Assembly: GCA_020536535.1 (NCBI GenBank)
Contig: JAHLWZ010000990.1
Location: forward strand, 1 to 32,693
Direction: 5' to 3'
Origin: Pelomyxa schiedti
Taxonomy: Eukaryota; Protista; Evosea
Length of the DNA stretch: 32,693 nucleotides
Part shown: positions 20,759 to 29,275 of the stretch, in pieces
Layout: the number at the start of each line of letters is the position of its first letter
How positions within the stretch are numbered: the stretch's first letter is position 1
Translations under genes and position numbers: made by a program
The notes under the pieces: model-generated
Seen by the model: the letters and a program-made list of their open reading frames with translations, nothing else
The model's database searches: none
What the model was told of the DNA's origin: nothing

Positions 20759-23563
20759 CTATGCGCCCAGAGAATTTAGTGCTGATATCAAGTGACTGAC
20801 ACTCGTGGACCTGATGCAGGAGAGTGAGGACTTGTTGCCAAGAAAGGCCCTGAGCATAGACTGCAAAGTTGTGCTGTCCGGAGGCAGTTTGACTACAAGC
20901 ACACGCACAGCAAACAGGAGGAACGAGGCAATGACTGAGGTGATGAAGCAGAGTTCAGTGGGTGAGTGAGACAAGCTCAGAACTGTTTCAATGTAGCCGG
21001 CAGTGCAGGACAAAGGAGTCACCGCAGCTTCTGAGGGGGCACACCTACTTGTTGTTGAGTAGTAGTTCCGAAATAGTTTGGTATAGAGACACACCTGGAA
21101 ATGGTATGGTCAATACAGAACTGCTCCAATGACTTCTGAACTGACAATAAAGTTATTTTGACAGGGAGTCCCTTCGAGGGCTGTGCTTTCAGCAAAGTGC
21201 CAACAGCAAAGAATTTCTCGCATAATAGATGTACACTCTCTTGACCAACGTTGATCCTGACAACCTCCGGCATTGCCAGGGCTGAGGATTCAGGGGAGGA
21301 AAAACTGTCCCTGTCATGCAATCCTAAAAGGTTCACAAGTGCGGCAGCGGTAAGTGTTTGTAATCTTCCTGGACAAGTGTCATTCTGAATGGCCCACCGT
21401 GAAGTAGACTTTGGAAATGCTAAAAACGGCATTCCCGGCATTATACAGATATCAGGGCCTCTGCCCAAAGATGATGTCCACAAGTGGCCTGCCGCAAAAG
21501 CGGCACCTTTGGCAGCCCGCTCAAGCAATTTGAGTTCAAACTCACTTGCATAATGCAGCACGTGCGTCACATATTGCACTTCACTGCTATATTGCCACTC
21601 ACACTCTCGCTCATGGGAGGCCAGAAGCTCCTGGAGGCGCCGAAATTTGGAGTCACCATTGTGAAATACTGACAAAGAGCCTGTAGATGCCTTGCTGGTG
21701 CCAAGAGTGGCATATTTAACATAGCTTTTAACAAGGACAAGGCACAGTTTACCTTGACGACAAAAGTATGAGGAGGAGGTAACAGAAAGTTAGAGAAACC
21801 TGATTCGATGAGAGGACAAGCACAAGATATCAGCTCCAGAAAATGTGTGTCATTAGGTTTCTCCAGAGTGACATCAATGACAAGAGTACTGAATCCTGCA
21901 GATTGGGCTCTCTCAGATATGCGTGAGAACAGCTGTTCAACTGGTGGAGGGAGCCCAGCCGTTGGGTTGCTTGGATTTGGTGTGTAGTAGAAAACAGGTA
22001 TTCCTTCATCTGTTTCTTCCAAGGCCACCGCATCTGCAAGGAGGTATTGGACTTCTAAGTAATCCCTCTCCGGGCATAATTGACAAACAGGGGAGTGCTT
22101 TCCATTGTTTATGTTAATGAATAAGCGCAAGGCAGTTGTTATGGCCTCCATTCCACTTGACACAATCCCAACACATCTCAGATAAGGCACCAGTTGAGAG
22201 TAACGGGTACTAATTATCGACGCTATAGCAGTCTTTATATCCTTCACTGTGTAGGGTCTCAGAACGCTCAGCACTGTGAACAGCTCATCTCCCAATAATT
22301 CCAACAAGCGACTGCATACAGTTAAGCTCCGTCGATGAAAGGACATTTCCAAGCCAAGGTTCTGAATCACACCCAAGGCATTGGGTACAATGGGAGGGAG
22401 AGCAAGTGATTTGCATCTGGCCTCAATCTCATGTATTTTTACTGCCAGCCCATGAATCAATTTGCTTGAACATGCACGCAAAAGGTACGTTTCTTGGCCT
22501 GAACATTCACAGCACATCCTGGTCTCCGAATGCGCAGAGGAAAGACTTGGGTCTCGAGGGGCATTTCCCCACAGGAGCTTTTTACATGCTCTCCTCCAAT
22601 TCCAACACTGATTAAGACCGTCATCAACACTTGTTGGCCAAATTGTGTCCAGCAGTCGGATGTCAGGCTGCAGGTCCGAATATGTGGGCCATTCGTGGAA
22701 AGTGTCTCCTTCATACACTCTAGGACTATTGCGACTGGAATGCGCTACTTGTATGGCTGCAAACAAAGAAGGAGTTGCACCGATTCTGTATATGAGCTCT
22801 TCAAGATTTTCCGGTGTATGACCCACAAAACTCGAGATATGGAACGTGGGAGCCAACTTATAACTTGCCGCCACAGAGAACGTGCTCACTATACAACAAA
22901 GGGGGAATGGGTCGATTACGTTTGAGAAGTTGAATACATACAAGATATATCAGAAAGGAGTCCAAGAGCCCGGAGGTTTGATAGTAATATTGTAGCATTG
23001 ACATTGGAGCAGTACAACCTACCCCACAGTTTCTGTTGGATAAGTGATTACACATGTGTTCCCAAGTCACATAGCGCAATCAAAACTTATACATATTTAG
23101 TGGAGCTAAAAGAAAAGAAAACAAAACAAAGCAATCAAACAAACAAAAGACAGCATTTCATAACGATAATACATTCGTCCAAAATACGAACCACTTCGTG
23201 CTGGGCCGCGGGAATCAATTTGAGGAGGAACGAGAAGGCCGACCCATAACCGTCCCGCGCGTAGGCCACGCACAGGGGCCCACGCCGTCGCCACACCGAC
23301 GGCGGCACGGCGGCAACCCCCCCGATTATTATGGGACGCTGCTGCTGTTGGTTCGGGGTCCTGTCGTTGGCGGAGTGAACACCGTAGCACGCCGCCACGT
23401 CTGAGTTCTCAGGGAACTGCTGTGCAAGCCACGTCGCACGGTACTCGACGCCCGAGGGCGAAGTGGATAGGGGCCGGCTGCACGTGGGTATGTGGGCGTA
23501 CCATGTCATTCGTGCGCGCCACCACCACTGCAGTGTGTCTGCTGCCGCCTCTTCATTCATCAT
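20759..23563 (-). CDS. Large protein with a divergent Cys/Met-metabolism (cystathionine gamma-lyase/synthase-like) PLP-dependent domain, multi-exon
   Basis: Ordered motifs VSSGMEAI, TPNPSNP, LVIDVT, spliced VKSYVKYATLG (candidate PLP lysine), RDSFSSPES and VVRINVGQES. These match the family pattern SSGMAAI / ESPxNP / VVDNT / HSxTKY / SLGxxES / IRLSVGLE. Confidence 0.65.
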
Positions 23564-23712
23564 GTCGATATTACCTTAGACTTCAGGGATCATATTTGAT
23601 CCAACCGCGAAAAAAGCTTCAGATGCTCTCACTTGCAGGATTCAGGGCAATGTGTCTTATAGTGCTCATAGTAGGTTCCTGTATGCAGAAAGTCAAGTGA
23701 GAGTCAAGTCGT

Positions 23713-23827
23713 AAAAAAACCTGTGAAATGTTAAGGGAAGAGCTATTGGCAATGGGGGGAAGAGAGGGAATCGGGGGATGGAACCGCAGTCCGACCCCTT
23801 GCCTTCTGCCCAATCTCCACTCCTCCT
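23713..23827 (-). ncRNA. Candidate structured small RNA, copy C
   Basis: Shares GAGTGGAGATTGGGCAG and CCCCCCATTGCCA..AGCTCT.CCC.TAACATTTCACAGG-T7 with copies A and B. The central arm differs in sequence but still pairs. Confidence 0.5.
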
Positions 23828-23905
23828 GGATGCATTTCGGGAATTTCATCTGGGGGAACAAATTGTGGGTCGTCACTGAACTGACGAGACCAAAAAGTCA
23901 GGAGG

Positions 23906-24021
23906 AAAAAAAAACCTGTGAAATGTTAGGGGGAGAGCTGCTGGCAATGGGGGGATGGCAGGTCTTCCGGGGGAGTTACCACATCCGGCCCCTGACATCT
24001 GCCCAATCTCCACTCTCCCTC
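23906..24021 (-). ncRNA. Candidate structured small RNA, copy B
   Basis: Same scaffold. Central arm GATGTCAGG/CCTGCCATC and CCGG/CCGG, followed by a T9 run. Confidence 0.55.
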
Positions 24022-24278
24022 AGACAAACTTCGGTTTCTTCAAATTAAAAGACCGGGTTTTTTGTAGTGACATTCAAATTGTGGTAAGAACGTCCTCTTG
24101 TAGATTTCACAGGGGTCTTGGGGTATCCGGCACAGATAAATGTCAGGCTTTCTTCTTGTTGGGCTTGAAGGTGACTGGTGACGGGGCCATTGAGGGTCAA
24201 AGTCTGTTTCTGTTTGACCACAAGCACACGCACAGCAGGGTGTGAGCGCAATGAAAAACGCACAAAAAAAGTTGGAAG

Positions 24279-24392
24279 AAAAAAAAACCTGTGAAATGTT
24301 AGGGGGAGAGCTGCTGGCAATGGGGGGGTGACAGGGCACCGGGGTAATCCCCTGGCGGCCCCCTGTCACCTGCCCAATCTCCACTCTCCCTC
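24279..24392 (-). ncRNA. Candidate structured small RNA, copy A
   Basis: Same scaffold. Closing stem GGGAGAG/CTCTCCC, central arm GGTGACAGGG/CCCTGTCACC and CCAGGGG/CCCCGG, followed by a T9 run. Confidence 0.55.
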
Positions 24393-24412
24393 GGGAAATC
24401 CACTCGTTTGCT

Positions 24413-24456
24413 CAAATTAAAAGACCGTTTTTTTTGTGGTGAGACAAATTGTGGGA
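24413..24456 (-). promoter_or_regulatory. DUSE-like element (TCCCACAA, about -64) plus AT-rich box (TTTTAATTTG, about -30 to -21) upstream of copy A
   Basis: Matches the dictyostelid upstream sequence element consensus [A/T]CCCA[C/T]AA at the expected distance of about 60-65 nt. Equivalents at 24079-24086 and 24041-24050 (copy B) and 23863-23870 (copy C). Confidence 0.45.
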
Positions 24457-24485
24457 AAAGCATTGCTTGTAGATTTCCGCGAAGG

Positions 24486-27400
24486 TTACAGCAGTGTGTG
24501 CTGGGAAGGATCGAGTCTGCGGGTCTTGGGGTGGTTGCCTCTTGGGGCATCAGGCACATACAGATAACCATCAGGCTTTCTTATTGTTGGGCCAGCAGGT
24601 GTCTGTGGAAGGGGTGATTGGGGGTCAAAGTCCGTTGGCTTTACTCTTCTCTTAGTAGGAAGAGTTGGACTTATGACGGTTTTAGCGGCCCCTATCTCGG
24701 TGGCAGTTCCATGTTGTGAGGGAGGAACAGTCGCACGGTGACGAGAACCGCCGCCCGGACGAAGGCAAGGAGGAACTGATGAAGGTGTGGGTCTGAAGTT
24801 GCCACGACTTACCGGAGCCATGTTGCCTCCTTTTCTGTGAACCACGTGATCAGTCGGAACATCCGTACAAGCACCTTGGCAAGATTGTGACCAGTCAATT
24901 TGAGGCATTGTACACCTGAGATACATTGATGCTTTGCGGTGGAATGTTTCCACTCCAAGTCGATCAGGGTGCTTCACAAGGATATTCTCGCTACCTTGGT
25001 GCAGAAACTCAAGGAGAACAGGCCTCATGGTTTCATCTGTGCAGACATCCAAAAGCCACTGAAAAAGGGATGGGCGGTCCTTTGGGTCAATGCTAAAATA
25101 TTTCCCTGACACGCTCAGATCCACGAGCACAGCCTCGGCGAGCATATGTACCGTCAAAGTGCTTTCCACATACCCGGCAGCAGATACAGCAAGTTGGGAA
25201 TTGATGGCACCCAGCAGGAAAAGGGTGACAGGCCACACAGTGGCACTCCGTGGTACCTTGTAGTAAAGTACCTGCTCCACGTCAAGAGCACCGAGCCGTT
25301 GGGCCAACAGTGTCAGAACCTCCTGCAATGCAATAATATGCTTATTGAGCTTTCTGTATCCAATGGCCAAGCCGTCCGTACCTCCCTTTTTGCTGGATTC
25401 AGGCCTCAGCCTTAAAACAGTTTCAAACAGGTGGATTGGATCCTTAAGGGAATCCCAGCAAAAGAGGTCATTGAAGTGTAGCCACAGGAGCGCCTCTCCC
25501 CTGCACCCCTTCTGAATCAGCTTCACAAGTGCGGTATCCATCTTGAATGTCTCCGTACCGCCAGGTTGTTGGGTGGCTTTACCCTCAGCTCTCAGAAAAG
25601 GAAGCAATCCTGCAGCAGCTGTAACTGTTTGCTGTGGCTGGGGTGAGTAATGGTGAATTGCTTTCCTTTCCTCGAATATGGCATAAGTATTCTTCGGTAA
25701 ACCAATGAAGTCCTCAAATAGCATATGAAAGTGCCCTGAGCGCTTAGGTATCAGAGTGTCTACAAGCAACTCTGAGAGCAACTCTCCCTTTAGTTCGGCC
25801 TTAAAATCAGGCTGAGCACTAGTCAATTGAAATATAGTGCCATTATTCCACTGGCACGCCGATTCGAGTATCAACTTAACCGTCCAGCTGGGCAATGGTC
25901 CACCTGCGACCTTTTGAAACCGAGCGAACAGGTCCGAGAAAATTTCCACAGCCTCTTTACTGGTAGGGTACCTGGCGAGGTTACACAGCAGGTTGGGAAG
26001 GTTTCTGGTAATCTCCTCGTCGCTATCACTGAACTCTGGACTGAGGATAATTGTCAGCGTTACCCACATCTGGCCGAGAGACGCCGCCAGCGCTATAGTA
26101 GATTTTTCGAAAGGTGGCCATTTGTGCGCTGTGAATTCTGAAGGGAATGGCATCTCATCCCATCGGGTCGGGGTGGAGGCAACAAGATCCAGCATCGCTT
26201 TGCAAGCCAATTTGAAGTTTTTCTCCGACGTGCAGGCCGCCTTCAAAAGAGGAGTACAGAAGTGCGCGATGTTGTATTTCTTGTCACTCGGCACTGCAGT
26301 GAGCAATACTCTACACGTGTCGGGATAACCTCCTGCCATGGCGGAACAGAACGGATTCAGATAAAGGGTTTGATTCCTGTTATAGAGGATGCTAGTACCA
26401 GAAGGAGATTTCTCCACTACGGCCTCGATCACTGGGACGGCTCCAGTGGTGGAGGCAATTTCAAGCAAATCCCTGGTGTGGTAAATGTTATCCAATGGCG
26501 TTCTGGATATCAACCCTGCCACCCAGTTTCTTATCAAAGCCTTGAGCACTTCGTCATCTTGTCTTGGTGAAAATACTTGCACCGCCTTTAGATGCTGTCT
26601 CGCAGCAGATATGCCAAGACAGGTGGCAACACGGAGGTTTCTGTTGTTGACGTTCTGTGAATGCTTCGCCGCATTCTCGTCATTAATGCAAATGCCTTCA
26701 GAGTGTACACGTTCTATTACTTTGGCCCACGCAACAAAGAAGTGATACTGGGCATGTGACATGGCATATTCAAATGCACCTGAAAAAACACACAAGGAAT
26801 CAGTCATGAGAAAGAGGCAGGAAGCACAAACCTGGAATGGAAGCCGGCAAACACTGAAACTGTCCATTGAAGTCCCAGAGAAGCTTTGTCGCCACTTTTA
26901 TGGCGCCATGAGCAGCGCACGCATTTATTTGATTTGTGATGCTCCCCACCCTGTTTTTGATCCACGTCATCATGCTTTGCAGTCCCCATGGGTGGAAGAC
27001 CTCCGCCATCCTCACGACAAACTCGATTTTTCTGCCGTCGTAGTGCTTCAGATGAACCACGGCTGCGGTGGTGGCCCAGTCGCATGATCTCCTTTTCCTT
27101 TTGCAACAGCACAACGAAACTGGATCCGCGGGTTCTGCTGTTGAAGAAAATTCCTTTCCGAATAGATTTCTGTGTACCAAAGTCCAAAGAATCCCGATTT
27201 TTGAGACTGTAAGAGAGTGTGAAGTCTTTCTCCAGTTGTCGGCTAGGTCGGCCAACAACACCTCACTGCTGTTTCCCCTGCTTTCTTACGGTTATATTCT
27301 GATGTCAAAATACTTGTGTGAACCTCTCATTCTTGTCACTAAGCATTGTCGTCGCTCGGTCCGCACTTGTTCCCGATCCCTCACTTGTGGTTTCAACGCT

Positions 27401-27532
27401 GTTTGGGGCCGGCCCACTTATTTGGGTTAGTTTGTGTGCAGCTTTATGGTGTGCAAGTCAGAATGCTAATTAGGTAATGACACACCGAGTGGCCCCGGCT
27501 TCTGTATAAGCAACATCGTCGGTGTGCTTCAT
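24486..27532 (-). CDS. Large hypothetical protein with degenerate ankyrin-like helical repeats
   Basis: Terminal exon of about 2.3 kb (793-aa ORF) plus three upstream exons joined by GT-AG introns. Ankyrin-like units include INACAAHGAIKVATKLL, LLEIASTTGAVPVIEAVV and PFCSAMAGGYPDTCRVLL. Confidence 0.7.
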
Positions 27533-27904
27533 CAACGACACGAGGGGGGTGCGGCACGGTTCAAGAAGTCGTTGCCGGAAGCGCTGATTGTCTTTTTTGT
27601 GCCGAATAGACTGAGACCCAAAAATGGGCCCGATCGTTTCTTTTTTTGAGATATGATCTTCTGTTTCGCTCGGAGAGGAGTGTTTTCTCTGTTAGTTCTG
27701 TCAGGGTGGAAGGACAACAAAATATTGAGAAGAATTGAGGTACTCTCAGTCTCCCCCAGCACCAACAAGAGACAAGCCACGGAAAAAGCACAGAAAGGGA
27801 ATTCGTGCCATTCGCTTAAAAACTGCACGAAAAAAAAAAAAAGACAAACATAAGCAACATAAGCAACAGCTAACGCCCCAACACACTACAGCCCACAATA
27901 CAGA

Positions 27905-28157
27905 ATGGGAGGATCTGAATCAACATCACGACCAGAGGCAGGCGCGTTGGCTGCGCAGAGCGGCCTGGATGTCGAGCAAGTGAAGGCCATAATGTCACAC
28001 TGGCCCAACAGAGAGTCGCTCAAGCTCGACGCCTTCAAGGAGGTAGTGGCCAAGGTTAGGGCTCTGTTCCCTACGATAAAGGTGCTACATTCGGAGGGCT
28101 TTGCCGACGAGATCTTTGTCTTGTTTGACAAGAACCACGATGGTATGGAAGAGCTTT

Positions 28158-28225
<68 letters not shown>

Positions 28226-29018
28226 TTTCTTTCTTTGTTTGTTTGTTTGTTTGTTCGTTTGTCTTGCTTGTTTTGTTTTGTTTGTTTAAAATCGACTTAT
28301 GGCATATAGATACTGTCTTCCCGTGTTTAATTAATTTAATTTCTTAGGTAGAGTCTCGTACTCAGAGTTCCTTGGCGGACTGGCCATTTTGGCCAAGGGA
28401 GACCAAGTCGAGAGGGCTAAGATGCTGTTCTACGCATGCGATGCTAATAACGACGGGCAAGTCACAAAGGCCGAATTCATCAAAGCGCTCAAGGCTTCCA
28501 TGAACTCTTGCAAGACACTCGTGAAGGCCCAACTTACAGACTACATGACAAAGACCTCTGGTGGCAGCTTCGCCAGTATGTCTTCCTTACACTATCAAGC
28601 TATCATCCAACAGACAAAACCATATCCAATACCTACAATAACAATTAAACAATTACGGACAACACCTGACACAAAACCTCAAATAGCCGGCCTGCTGAGC
28701 TCCATGATTCTCAGCGCAGTCAGCTTCGACGCGGACCGGTTCGCCAACCTCGCATTCATGGCAGACACTGACCACAACGGCACCCTGTCCATGGAAGAGT
28801 GGCTGGCCAGCTTCCAGTCCAACCAGGCCATTGCTCGCCTGTTTGCCTTTGCCTCAGGAGACCTCATAGTGGCCCCGTCTGCACTCACTGGGGACACTGA
28901 GAGAGTAGTTCGTCTCCTGGCTCTGGAATTCCCGGCTCTGAGTGATGCCACTATCACCGGTCTCATAAACCAGTACAATGCCGAGGCTGCAAAGTCAACC
29001 AACACCTCTGGCCTCTGA
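27905..29018 (+). CDS. N-myristoylated EF-hand calcium-binding protein (NCS/recoverin/calcineurin B-like), multi-exon
   Basis: MGGSES N-terminus. EF loops FDKNHDG/RVSYSEF, DANNDGQVTKAEF and DTDHNGTLSMEEW. Confidence 0.88.
28160..28224. repeat. Poly-T tract of about 65 nt inside intron 1 of the EF-hand gene
   Basis: Uninterrupted T run followed by (TTTG)n. Confidence 0.9.
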
Positions 29019-29275
29019 TTCAAAGACACACCCCAACCTAACACCAACCATTAATGTTGAGTGCCTATCACTAAGAATAATATTTTACTACAAGTCAAAA
29101 GCCACTTGGCTTACGTTCCTCTTCTTGAGTCCATCACCCAATTCTCCTTTCTCAGAACAGAACGAAACCCAATCACTGGGTTTTTCTTGATCTATTTATT
29201 GCATTTTTGAATCGTACGTGGGTCGACGAGCGTCAGAGCCACAACAGACACAAATAATAGAAACAACGGCCAACC

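Noticed and set aside
23713-24392. CRISPR/OMEGA-type guide array, 5S rRNA, SRP RNA or H/ACA snoRNA
   Set aside because: The variable part is self-paired rather than a free spacer, and no Cas/TnpB/Fanzor motifs were seen nearby. There are no 5S or SRP helix-8 signatures. An ACA lies 15 nt after one stem, but there is no adequate two-sided pseudouridylation pocket.
27520-27545. VVDEAHR helicase-like motif on the minus strand
   Set aside because: An in-frame stop lies a few codons upstream and no other helicase motifs are present, so it is coincidental.
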